DNA from: Candidatus Omnitrophota bacterium
GTDB taxonomy: Bacteria; Omnitrophota; Gorgyraeia; Gygaellales; UBA12090
Reading direction: 5' to 3'
DNA: 64,000 nt
NCBI GenBank assembly: GCA_030674475.1
Contig: JAUSCZ010000035.1
Location: forward strand, 74,682 to 138,681
Shown one piece after another: positions 26,766 through 35,473 of this stretch (the first letter of the stretch is position 1; every line of letters begins with the position of its first letter). The notes beneath the pieces were generated by a model, which saw nothing but the letters and a program-made list of their open reading frames with translations, did no database searches and was not told the DNA's origin. Made by a program: the position numbers and the translations under genes.

Positions 26766-28319
26766 TTAGCTGCCGGAAATTTCAAAAACCGTAATCTTGT
26801 ATCCACCGCTCTGGGTATTGCGGGTAGAGGTTATCTCCAGGCGGCTTAAGCCAGCCATAAAATCAGGGCTCTCTTTAAGCTTTTTTAAGAAATCAGCTAT
26901 TGCCTCTTCCTCTCGCGCCTTATCCCCCAGATAAATCGCGCCTTTAAGTAAAAGCGATTTTGCTTTATCCTTTACCCCGGCCACAAGGTCAAACTGCTCA
27001 ATCCACAAGCCGGTGCGGACTGTCTCAGGCAGGACATTAAAAGACACAGTCAAGGACACCCGGGAAGCAATTAATTCCTGGATAAATAAAAGTTTTTTCT
27101 TATATTCCACCCTTCTCTGACGCAGGCCATCCAAATCCAGAATGCCTAAGTTCGCCGGGGCCAAGGCGCTTTCAGCCTCAGATTTTATGCGCTCTAAATT
27201 CTTAGCAGTGCTGAACTGTTCGGGCAAAGGAAAACCATAGGCCGCGGCCACTACTACCGCCGCCAGCACTAAAGGCCGCTTAACCGTATCAAAGCTAAGA
27301 GTGAATGCCGGAGCGGGAGCTGATATGTCTTTAGGCGCGCTCAAGCGGTATTCTTTGCGCGATTTTAATAAATCTACAGATAAATTTACCTTTATGGTAT
27401 CTCTGAGGCCTACGGCACAGGCCTTAAACGCGTCCAAGTCAGTCAAGGTGTTTAAAGCGCTATTCTGATCTAATTCCAATAACTGCACCTCTATACTTAA
27501 GTTTTTGCTCAATTCGGAGATTAGCCCGGGATTAGCATTTTTAGCCACCAGGATAATCTTATCCACCGAAGAGCCGGAAAATTGCCGGCGGAAATAACCT
27601 AGGGAAACCCTGAGCTCGCTGGTTAAGCGTTCCTGAGAAACCACCTCCGCGCCGCTTCCTGTGGAAGGCGCGTCCTGGGCCCGGGCGAGCCGGACATCCC
27701 GGCTAAAACAGGGAAAACCCGCGTTCACTATGGAAAACTCCATATCCAAATCATCATCAATAGCCATAAACGCGATAGACTGCTTAAGGTCAAGCTGTTT
27801 AGCGGCTGAAATTATCCTGAGCAAGGCAAAACTGGCCGATTCAATAGCCTTTAACTGAATACCCATTTGCTTAAATAAGCTAAGATAATAATCAAAGTTA
27901 CTCCTGGTAGCCGCCACATAGAAGATATCCATCTTGTCTGAACCTTTATTTAAGCGATGCTGATAGTCAAAAACCAGGTCCTCGGTTTTAAAAGGGAGAT
28001 ACTTCCTGGCCTCAAAGCTTATCCCGGAGGCAATTTCGGATTTTACCAGAGAAGGAATCTGAAAACCCCGGATAAAAAGGTCCTTGCTGGTAAGGCCAAG
28101 CACTGCTTCCCGAGCGCTAAATTTATTCTCTTTAAGAAATCCCTTGATCTCCCGCGACAAGTTGGCCTGAGCGCTGTCTTCGGCTGTCGGAGTGCCGGTT
28201 AAAGCCTTATCCGCCGCAACCGCTATAGCTAAGCTGGCCTGCCGGATAATATCCTTGCCCCGCAGTTCAACCGCGACAATCTTATCTTTGCCAAAATATA
28301 TTCCTAATTTATTTCCCAT
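26766..28319 (-). CDS. pilM: type IV pilus assembly protein PilM (actin-like ATPase fold), probably fused to PilN-like C-terminal TM segment
   Basis: PilM-like N-terminus (MGNKLGIYFGKDKIVAVEL), with a C-terminal TM segment LVLAAVVVAAAYGF. Confidence 0.65.
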   Translation of the reverse strand: MGNKLGIYFGKDKIVAVELRGKDIIRQASLAIAVAADKALTGTPTAEDSAQANLSREIKGFLKENKFSAREAVLGLTSKDLFIRGFQIPSLVKSEIASGISFEARKYLPFKTEDLVFDYQHRLNKGSDKMDIFYVAATRSNFDYYLSLFKQMGIQLKAIESASFALLRIISAAKQLDLKQSIAFMAIDDDLDMEFSIVNAGFPCFSRDVRLARAQDAPSTGSGAEVVSQERLTSELRVSLGYFRRQFSGSSVDKIILVAKNANPGLISELSKNLSIEVQLLELDQNSALNTLTDLDAFKACAVGLRDTIKVNLSVDLLKSRKEYRLSAPKDISAPAPAFTLSFDTVKRPLVLAAVVVAAAYGFPLPEQFSTAKNLERIKSEAESALAPANLGILDLDGLRQRRVEYKKKLLFIQELIASRVSLTVSFNVLPETVRTGLWIEQFDLVAGVKDKAKSLLLKGAIYLGDKAREEEAIADFLKKLKESPDFMAGLSRLEITSTRNTQSGGYKITVFEISGS

Positions 28320-28352
28320 TATATTTAGTCTATGGCCTACTGACCGATTTAT

Positions 28353-28529
28353 TTAGCTTGCTTTCTGCTGTTTACTTTTAATCCAGATATTAACCTCTTT
28401 GCGGTCAAAACGCCAAACCCCTCCCACTTTAATCCCGGCAATCTTCTTTTCATGCAGCCAGTTATAAATGGTTTGACGGCGCAATTTAAGGTAGCGCGCT
28501 AATTCATCAACATCCATTAATTCGTTCAT
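28353..28529 (-). CDS. excisionase-family helix-turn-helix DNA-binding protein (58 aa; not in ORF track)
   Basis: Hand translation gives MNELMDVDELARYLKLRRQTIYNWLHEKKIAGIKVGGVWRFDRKEVNIWIKSKQQKAS*, which matches the excisionase-family/MerR-superfamily HTH pattern. Confidence 0.65.
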   Translation of the reverse strand: MNELMDVDELARYLKLRRQTIYNWLHEKKIAGIKVGGVWRFDRKEVNIWIKSKQQKAS

Positions 28530-28641
28530 TCTTGACCCTTTCTGTTAAAGAAAATCATATCTTATAATTAATCTTCATATTCAAGATATGATTATTATAA
28601 CTGATTAATATATATCATAACAGATTTACTTTGTCAAGTAA

Positions 28642-28758
28642 AATCTGCCTCTGGCGCTTAGATTTTACTTGATTCTGAGCTCTGCGAAGAATCTTAAGGA
28701 ACAATCTGCCTCTGGCGCTTAGATTTTACTTGATTCTGAGCTCTGCGAAGAATCTTAA
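28642..28758. repeat. two tandem 61-bp direct repeats (AATCTGCCTCTGGCGCTTAGATTTTACTTGATTCTGAGCTCTGCGAAGAATCTTAA...), motif AGATTTTACTTG present 3 times
   Basis: Read from the sequence. Lies upstream of the excisionase-like gene, so these are candidate operator/iteron sites or a small RNA. Confidence 0.7.
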
Positions 28759-28913
28759 TAATTTTGTTATGAAACGCATAAAATAATACCGCGCGCGAAA
28801 ACTCAAAAAAAAACACCAGCAAGCCAAACCTGTTTTGCTGGCGGATACCATAGCTCATATATAATTAAAATTATTTCATAACTAACTGCTATAAATATAG
28901 TTATAAAGAGTTC

Positions 28914-29297
28914 CTATTTAAACAGCTCATCAATAATCGCGAAGTGCTTATCTAAGGTGAGAATTACTGCTTTATTCTCTTTGGCCAAAACTGCTAAATA
29001 ACAATCAATTAACGATATGGTTTTACCCTGTTTCCTGAGTTTGTTCGCTAAAAACCCTGCCTGTTGCCAGGTGGAATCACTCTCGTTCAAAATTTTAACT
29101 ACTGAAGCTAAATCCGAGATAAGCTCAGTTTCTTTTTCAGACCTAACCCCCTGGATCAATTCGGCCAGGACAAGCTGACAAGTGGCGGCAACATTAAGAA
29201 GGAGGGCTGATTCTATCTCTTTAGTTATGGGGTGAGAAGTTTTCTTAAGATACTCTATCCAGGCTGAGGTATCAATAAGAACTAATTTAGCGCTCAT
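28914..29297 (-). CDS. vapC: type II toxin VapC (PIN domain ribonuclease)
   Basis: LIDTSAWIEY with the conserved acidic Asp, ~127 aa, overlapping an upstream antitoxin gene. Confidence 0.8.
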   Translation of the reverse strand: MSAKLVLIDTSAWIEYLKKTSHPITKEIESALLLNVAATCQLVLAELIQGVRSEKETELISDLASVVKILNESDSTWQQAGFLANKLRKQGKTISLIDCYLAVLAKENKAVILTLDKHFAIIDELFK

Positions 29298-29532
29298 TAT
29301 GGCGGGCCTTCAAGATTGTCTTATCAAAAGAGAAATTACCCCTTAAAAGATCTATTTTTTTTAGTCTTTCTTTTCTGAGAAATTCCTCGATAGCAATTCT
29401 TACCGCCTTGCTTTTATTTTTTAGATGTGTAGCAGTGAGTAACTGAGTTAATTCCTCTTTTTCTAAATTTATGGTTGTTCTCATTCTTATTGCCTCCGGA
29501 TAAATTATACAATGATAATCATAACAAGTCAA
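29287..29532 (-). CDS. vapB: type II antitoxin VapB-like (probable start at 29484, MRTTINLEK, GGAGG SD upstream)
   Basis: Small DNA-binding antitoxin with a 4-codon overlap to the PIN gene. Confidence 0.7.
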   Translation of the reverse strand: MTCYDYHCIIYPEAIRMRTTINLEKEELTQLLTATHLKNKSKAVRIAIEEFLRKERLKKIDLLRGNFSFDKTILKARHNER

Positions 29533-29694
29533 ATATTTTTATGATTCAGATGTATTCATTTTACTGCTGTTTTCCTGAAGTTATAATCCCTATTCCTACC
29601 AAGTGAGCCCAATCTATTTTGCTGGCGGATAACGCAGCCATCAATTAATTCATAACTAACTGCTATAAATATAGTTGTAAAGAATGTCCCTGGC

Positions 29695-30090
29695 TCAACT
29701 AATGATATTTACTGACAGGTGCTTCCTGTAATTTTCAAAGTCGTTATCGGTAGTGAAAATTATGAGGTTTTCCAAATGAGCCACAGCGCAGATTAAAAAG
29801 TCTGTTGTAGAACCTTGAATCCCCCTGCTTCTGCAGATATTGCTGAATTCCGCCGCTTTCTCAAAATGCTCTTTTTTAAGAACAATATCTTCAAAAGCGG
29901 AAAGTATGTCTTTTAACTTATTGAACTGCTTGGAATCGGGGATCCCGGATAGAATTTCCTGCCTTACGGGACCTATTATAAAGACCCTGCCGTCATTGAT
30001 GAGGCCTTTTAACCTGGAGGTTAATTCTGCGTCAGGATTTCTATGCCGCAGGACAGCTGACCAAACGCAGGTATCAACCAGCACCTTCAT
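29695..30090 (-). CDS. vapC: type II toxin VapC (PIN domain), second copy
   Basis: MKVLVDTCVWSAVLRH..., ~131 aa, overlapping an upstream antitoxin. Confidence 0.8.
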   Translation of the reverse strand: MKVLVDTCVWSAVLRHRNPDAELTSRLKGLINDGRVFIIGPVRQEILSGIPDSKQFNKLKDILSAFEDIVLKKEHFEKAAEFSNICRSRGIQGSTTDFLICAVAHLENLIIFTTDNDFENYRKHLSVNIIS

Positions 30091-30317
30091 CGCCTTCTAG
30101 CTTTCTTGTAATCATAATCTTTATCAAAATCAACACTGCCGAACAAATCGGCAATCTCCTGGCGCTTCTTATGCGCGATATACTCAAGCATAGCGGCAGT
30201 TACCGCCTCTTTTTTAGTCCTATGATGCCCTATCTTCTGAGTCTGAATAATCAACTTGTCATCTAAGGCCAGATTGGTCGCCATCTTACACACCTCCTTA
30301 CACATAAAGGATAACAC
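30087..30317 (-). CDS. vapB: type II antitoxin VapB-like (probable start at 30284, MATNLALDD)
   Basis: NLALDDKLI...KKEAVTAAMLEYI VapB-type pattern, with a GGAGG SD upstream. Confidence 0.7.
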   Translation of the reverse strand: MLSFMCKEVCKMATNLALDDKLIIQTQKIGHHRTKKEAVTAAMLEYIAHKKRQEIADLFGSVDFDKDYDYKKARRR

Positions 30318-30511
30318 CTACTATCGCGCCGGTCAAGCGCGTTTTTATAGACGATTGAACGCTTAATTCTAATAGTTTCTAAAATTGAGGCCCTTACTTC
30401 TCTCCAACCTACAGACAATTATCGCGACTGACACTTTTCAGCCAATTAGTTTACCAAAAGCTTATCTTGGCACGCCAATGGGTGACCCCTTGTTCCGATC
30501 ATTACACCTTT

Positions 30512-30859
30512 TTATTTATCAGCGCTGACCGTTATGCTCTCAACGCCTGTAGTACTATTTATCGCTACTGTAATATTTGAGGTTATATTGACTATGTTGA
30601 TACGATCACCATCGGAATCAACTGTATAAGTAAAAAGGGATGTGGTGGTGTTAGTATTAGGAGCTATTGTTGTGTTAGTATTTAAAACACCGGCGCGCAA
30701 ATAGACATCACCGCGCTGCATTGCCTCCAACTCCGCGTTTTGAATGGCCTTGGAGACAAAATCCTTATACGTAAGTTTATACGCATTGGGGGCAAAACCG
30801 ATAAACACCGCGCTCAAGGCAAAGCAAAACATCAGGATTATGGAAACTATAAAAATCAT
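30512..30859 (-). CDS. hypothetical small membrane protein at distal end of minor-pilin operon
   Basis: N-terminal TM helix (IFIVSIILMFCFALSAVFIGF); no recognizable domain. Confidence 0.35.
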   Translation of the reverse strand: MIFIVSIILMFCFALSAVFIGFAPNAYKLTYKDFVSKAIQNAELEAMQRGDVYLRAGVLNTNTTIAPNTNTTTSLFTYTVDSDGDRINIVNITSNITVAINSTTGVESITVSADK

Positions 30860-31428
30860 TCTTTTACATTAGTAAACCAAAGGCGCATACTTTCCTTTTT
30901 AGACACCTGGGTATCCGAACGCCCGGTTGTGATATTGGCAGTAATAGCCACAGTGAGTACATTAGGCTCATTCATAGGCACATAACTAAAGGTTATTCCG
31001 GGCTTATATTTACCATCAACCAGGGTTTCAGTAATCACGCCGGTAGTATTCGTAGCATTAAGCATAAGATTACCGCCCGCGTCAAGATAATAACAATAAT
31101 CCAGATTATTACTATAATTGTTAGGGGTGATATTATAGATGTCTCCCTCGCCTTCAAAGCAAAAATCAGTCCGGTTTAAGCTATCAGGAAGATCATCTTC
31201 ATTTAGAGTGTAACCATCCTTTACCCTCACCGCGCTTAAGGTATGCAGGCGGATATTCTCCATGGCATAGGCAATCTGCAGGCCGGCATTGCCGCGTTCC
31301 ATATTGCTCTTGATTTGAACAAAAAGAAAATTATATCCGGCCATTGCCGCGGCCATTGCCACACTACAAAGCACAATCGCTATAATCAATTCCACTAAGG
31401 TCAGGCCGCTTTCTGTTTTTATCCGCAT
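30856..31428 (-). CDS. minor pseudopilin (prepilin-type N-terminal domain)
   Basis: GLTLVELIIAIVLCSVAMAAA. Confidence 0.7.
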   Translation of the reverse strand: MRIKTESGLTLVELIIAIVLCSVAMAAAMAGYNFLFVQIKSNMERGNAGLQIAYAMENIRLHTLSAVRVKDGYTLNEDDLPDSLNRTDFCFEGEGDIYNITPNNYSNNLDYCYYLDAGGNLMLNATNTTGVITETLVDGKYKPGITFSYVPMNEPNVLTVAITANITTGRSDTQVSKKESMRLWFTNVKE

Positions 31429-31442
31429 CGAGAAACTTAAGG

Positions 31443-32258
31443 TTAATCGCTCTCAGTTGCTATTATGCTTAAGGCGGCCTCTCTAAGACTTATAGTTCCC
31501 GCTTCAGTATCTTTCAGCCACCGGATATCTATAGGATGAGGCCCGCTAGATACATCATCTATTTTAACCATATGACTGAATGTCGGCTGAGTAATTATGG
31601 GGGTGCGCGCGGTTAAGTTACCTACCTGCGCCCCATCAAGAAAACAAGTTGAATATATAGTATCGAGAGAAGTTAAGTTAACAAGGGGGCCATCATTAAC
31701 ATTGACCGCAATAGTATACATCACTAAAATATCCTTTTGCACCTCATAATTAATATCAATACTTAATTTATCCGTATTCCCTACAACAGCGTAATCATCA
31801 GGATCCATAGGATCGCTACTAGGAACAAAGGCAGTAGTATCTGTGGTTAGTTTATACTTGCTATGCACCTTAGGATAGGGAACAATATTGGTTAAACGGA
31901 TATGTTTGGTGTCTAAGCCGCCACTGCCGTCTTCCTCCGGGTAAGAAACCACCACCGTAATATTCTTATAGGGTATAGTTTTGGTGTTGGTAGCGTTCTG
32001 AGTAACCACCCTGGCGGTCCAGTTATAAGAGCCTTCCTGAGTAATCGGCACCACGGTATCATTTAATACACCATAAGCCCGGGCTGAATATTCTTCTATT
32101 TTGCTGGAAGCTAAACTCATAGCCTGGCTGCGGTATTCCGCCTGCCTCAAAAAACGTTTTCCGGCCACCACCGTAACCCCCAAGGCCCCCAACCCCACCA
32201 TTATCAGCAAAGCGCTGATCATTACCTCCAGAAGAGTAAACCCTTTCTGTCTAAACAT
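31443..32258 (-). CDS. minor pseudopilin (prepilin-type N-terminal domain)
   Basis: KGFTLLEVMISALLIMVGLGAL. Confidence 0.7.
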   Translation of the reverse strand: MFRQKGFTLLEVMISALLIMVGLGALGVTVVAGKRFLRQAEYRSQAMSLASSKIEEYSARAYGVLNDTVVPITQEGSYNWTARVVTQNATNTKTIPYKNITVVVSYPEEDGSGGLDTKHIRLTNIVPYPKVHSKYKLTTDTTAFVPSSDPMDPDDYAVVGNTDKLSIDINYEVQKDILVMYTIAVNVNDGPLVNLTSLDTIYSTCFLDGAQVGNLTARTPIITQPTFSHMVKIDDVSSGPHPIDIRWLKDTEAGTISLREAALSIIATESD

Positions 32259-32309
32259 TCTTGGCTTTTCCTTTAATGGAAAGGAAATTATACCCTACTG
32301 GTTCGGCTG

Positions 32310-33302
32310 TCACTCATTTTCCTCGTCCTCAATATCAGTAATCGGCATCAACATCGCGACCACATTACGCTGATTTGCCAGACTCTCTACTACTAAAGGA
32401 GAATCGTTATGCCACATTAGTTTAAAATAAATTATGGGGGGTAAGGTGTTTTTACCTGTAATGGAATTTAGAAAATCATCTTTAGTAACTATGTAACTAC
32501 CGGTGATTGTCGGATCACCGGGTTCATTTACTACCCCTGGGGGTCCAGCAGGGACAGTCATCGAAGCAATAAAATCAAGAGGCGCCCATCCAGCACTATC
32601 ACTATCCGCATTTTTTGCTATTATTGTCCCTGATCCCTTAATATAAAGCTGAGTTTGAACCTGACCTCCGGAAAAATCCTGAGTGATTTTTCCGTTATGC
32701 CAGGGATGACACAACAAAGGCCATATCGCTAAACCATTGAGTTCTTTTCCTCCATTACGCGAACATTCATTTGGCCTATTTCCTACTACCCGCACCGTCC
32801 AGGTAAATAGCACCTTGGCTATATTCCTATATCCTGCAGGTATATTAATACTATTCACTGAGTTTGAATTCAATTCAAGCGAAACATATTCCTGGTTACC
32901 ACAGTCTATGCTTCCACATTCCTCAGGTGCGCTTATGCCGTTTTTTATACAATCATATTGACCAGTAGTCTCATTAAATTCATTGTGATATCGACAATGC
33001 TTGTCCTCACTCCTGCCATAGCCAGGAAGTATCCCGCTCGCGTTGATGTAATACGCACGATCAGGCAGTGTGTCTGGATCACTACTCATGGTAAACTCTA
33101 AGTACCGCGCACACCTTTTATTATCAGAACTGCCATTAGAAAATTTCGGAAACTTTGTCGGTGAAAGATACACAGTCGTGTTACCGATAAATTCGCCGAT
33201 AGTTGCCTCCGGGTTGACCTTTACCGCTGACTCTGAAAATGCCAAAGCTGCTATGGCCAGAAAAACAAACATCATTGCCACTACGCCTATTTTTCTTTTC
33301 AT
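32310..33302 (-). CDS. hypothetical secreted protein (signal peptide) in minor-pilin operon, possible PilX/PilY-like
   Basis: Signal peptide MKRKIGVVAMMFVFLAIAALAFSES; no recognizable domain. Confidence 0.4.
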   Translation of the reverse strand: MKRKIGVVAMMFVFLAIAALAFSESAVKVNPEATIGEFIGNTTVYLSPTKFPKFSNGSSDNKRCARYLEFTMSSDPDTLPDRAYYINASGILPGYGRSEDKHCRYHNEFNETTGQYDCIKNGISAPEECGSIDCGNQEYVSLELNSNSVNSINIPAGYRNIAKVLFTWTVRVVGNRPNECSRNGGKELNGLAIWPLLCHPWHNGKITQDFSGGQVQTQLYIKGSGTIIAKNADSDSAGWAPLDFIASMTVPAGPPGVVNEPGDPTITGSYIVTKDDFLNSITGKNTLPPIIYFKLMWHNDSPLVVESLANQRNVVAMLMPITDIEDEENE

Positions 33303-33317
33303 AGCAAACCCTCCTCT

Positions 33318-35054
33318 TTATTCCTTTATCTTTACAACATTTAAAGACAGGTATTCTACATTTACTTCAAAATCATCATAAAGCACACCGCAATATTCCA
33401 CTTTTGGAAGGAAATAATAAAGCCTTGCCTCGTAAGTCTTGCCCGGAGCTAAAACAATAGAGGGAACATAGGTCGTGCCAAGTATTGAGAATGTCGCGGA
33501 CAGACTCCTCACATTCATCATGCTTTTATGTACCGGCACACCTGATCCTTTCTCTGTAATTCCAACCAGGGTATAAAAATTTATTCCTTCATCAGTAATG
33601 TCGTGGTTAATTAATACCTGCCAGATAATATTCAAAGCTTCACCGGTCTTAGCTACAAATTCATAGGTAACCCCTTCATGTGTAGTGTCGGGGTAGGTAC
33701 CTTTAATTTCTCTAAACAGCCCTGGGTTATCAACCAAACACGAAGTAACATCACTGGCATATCCGGCACATTGGCCAGCAGTGTATGCAAGGCTATCACA
33801 ACCCGGACAGGCAGTCCTCTCCTCGCACTTACTTTCAGTACAATTTTTATCGAAACCTGGGTCTCTTGTTGTTTCCCCATCTTCAAGCATTACACCAGAG
33901 CACACATTCTCTTCGCAGCAGGACTTACTGTCCTCGCATCTCTCATAATTATTGGCATAAGCGCTACAAGCACTAATGCAAGTCTTAAACGCATCTTTGA
34001 GCTTGTAAGTATAGGATGCCACTTTCACCTTGGCGATGCATTCTACATATCCGTTACAAGTACAAGTATCGCAGGTAGTAACATAAGTTGTACTGCAAGA
34101 AGGAGGCGGCGGAGTCCAGGGAGGAGGCGGCGGAGTCCAAGAAGTACAAGTAGTTACAGGAACACTAACACAGTTACAACTATACGTGCAAGAGTCAGAC
34201 ACATTATCTACTATATTACTGCAAGAAGTAGCACTACTACTATTGCAATCCCCAGCCGGATCCCGAGAAGGACAACTATTGTCTAAGGTACAAGAAGAAC
34301 ATCCGACTGGTGTGCGAGATGTTCCGTCATTTTCCCAGACATAGGTTACATCATAATAAGAAGTCAAACCATCGCATCTGGGCGGGCCCGAATTCTCGGA
34401 ACAGGCCTGAAAAATAGGGCTGAGGCTTGGCCCGCAGGTTGCCGGACAACTCCAGATCCTATACCCATCAATATCGGTTCCTGTTACGGTACAGTCATCA
34501 GAGCAGTTTGGCGTCAGCTCATCGCTATCCGCGTCCGGACAACCTCGTCTCTGCAGGCCATAAGGAGAACCTGATGAAACTGAGCCAGAACTACAGGTAA
34601 GATTTTCACAATAAGTAGAATCGTCGCTTGATCTCGAACCGCCAGTACCTGTTGTGCCTACACCACATTCAGTTTGCGCGCAATCATCAACCTGAAAAGG
34701 AGGCTCAGTGCAATTATAATTAGCCAACGTATCATGATCACCTGAACTGCACTTAATTGCTTTGGGAAAAGAAGCAGTGGTCAAACAGCAATCCGGACAT
34801 TCCTTCTTAAGCTCAACACATTTATTACATTCTGAAACACTGCTAAGTGCGGTCGAACAATCTCCTCCGGTTAACAGATCTTTTCCGTCTAACTGGCTAA
34901 GAATTATTGGGTCAGTCCCGTAATCCTTGCTCTCTGTATCAGAAGTATAATTAGACGGCAGGTATTTTATGCGCTTATCCTTAGGATAGGCTGGGCTATT
35001 AAAGAAAGCCAGAAATAACAAGAGTAGAATTAAGGCCTTTTTATTTTTTACCAT
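33318..35054 (-). CDS. large secreted cysteine/threonine/serine-rich protein with PPPPWTPPPP motif; candidate pilus-tip adhesin
   Basis: Signal peptide, then a ~400-aa segment carrying dozens of Cys (CSSC, CTCNGYVEC, CCEENVC). The operon context with pseudopilins supports a pilus-associated role. Confidence 0.5.
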   Translation of the reverse strand: MVKNKKALILLLLFLAFFNSPAYPKDKRIKYLPSNYTSDTESKDYGTDPIILSQLDGKDLLTGGDCSTALSSVSECNKCVELKKECPDCCLTTASFPKAIKCSSGDHDTLANYNCTEPPFQVDDCAQTECGVGTTGTGGSRSSDDSTYCENLTCSSGSVSSGSPYGLQRRGCPDADSDELTPNCSDDCTVTGTDIDGYRIWSCPATCGPSLSPIFQACSENSGPPRCDGLTSYYDVTYVWENDGTSRTPVGCSSCTLDNSCPSRDPAGDCNSSSATSCSNIVDNVSDSCTYSCNCVSVPVTTCTSWTPPPPPWTPPPPSCSTTYVTTCDTCTCNGYVECIAKVKVASYTYKLKDAFKTCISACSAYANNYERCEDSKSCCEENVCSGVMLEDGETTRDPGFDKNCTESKCEERTACPGCDSLAYTAGQCAGYASDVTSCLVDNPGLFREIKGTYPDTTHEGVTYEFVAKTGEALNIIWQVLINHDITDEGINFYTLVGITEKGSGVPVHKSMMNVRSLSATFSILGTTYVPSIVLAPGKTYEARLYYFLPKVEYCGVLYDDFEVNVEYLSLNVVKIKE

Positions 35055-35473
35055 TGGTCACATCCAGTTCTATTAATAAGGCCGCCTTGGTTAGTAATAG
35101 TCATATTCCTACCACTACAGGCCAAACCGGAAACCGCGCGGGTAGCCGTGGCAGTAAAGCTTGGGCTGGTGGTGGCGTTAATAGAATAAGTAAAACTGTC
35201 TCCTTCTAAATCAATCCCTAAATTCTCAGTATCATTAGTATACTCTCCCTCGTTCAAATAATACCTCTGCTGGGCAGAGTAGATTAATTGCAGGTTAGCC
35301 TCGGCTTCTTTGGCCTTATTTTTCTCTGAAGATCGGCTAAAATTACCCATATTCAGGCTAACCAAAATCCCGATAATTACCAAAACCACCAGCAACTCAA
35401 TCATAGTAAACCCCGTTAGAAGCCTCTTGCCTCTTACAGGTTGCTCATTAACTTCTAACGGGGCAGGCCCCAT
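35048..35473 (-). CDS. type IV pilin with 21-aa leader (ORF track starts at TTG 35485; ATG at 35473 has an AGGAGA SD upstream)
   Basis: ...GKRLLTG|FTMIELLVVLVIIGILVS prepilin cleavage/methylation site. Confidence 0.7.
   Translation of the reverse strand: MGPAPLEVNEQPVRGKRLLTGFTMIELLVVLVIIGILVSLNMGNFSRSSEKNKAKEAEANLQLIYSAQQRYYLNEGEYTNDTENLGIDLEGDSFTYSINATTSPSFTATATRAVSGLACSGRNMTITNQGGLINRTGCDQW
35410..35470. repeat. family B palindromic element copy 2, encoding the pilin leader peptide
   Basis: About 85% identical to 16961-17019. The CCCCGTTAGAAG / CTTCTAACGGGG arms are an inverted repeat. Confidence 0.75.

Noticed and set aside
26611-26806. 65-codon N-terminal extension of the PilO-like ORF
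   Set aside because: The extension is a translation of the REP/hairpin repeat cluster (an Arg/Gly/Pro-rich artefact). A proper start (MAFSINN) lies immediately downstream of the repeats.
28642-28758. Tandem 61-bp repeats considered as a CRISPR array
   Set aside because: Only two units, directly abutting with no spacers, no cas genes nearby, and a unit much longer than CRISPR repeats.
33678-34286. 202-aa plus-strand ORF antisense to the Cys-rich protein gene
   Set aside because: The Arg/Ser/Thr-rich translation is typical of the antisense of a Cys/Thr-codon-rich gene, and the sense-strand 578-aa ORF is much longer with a signal peptide.
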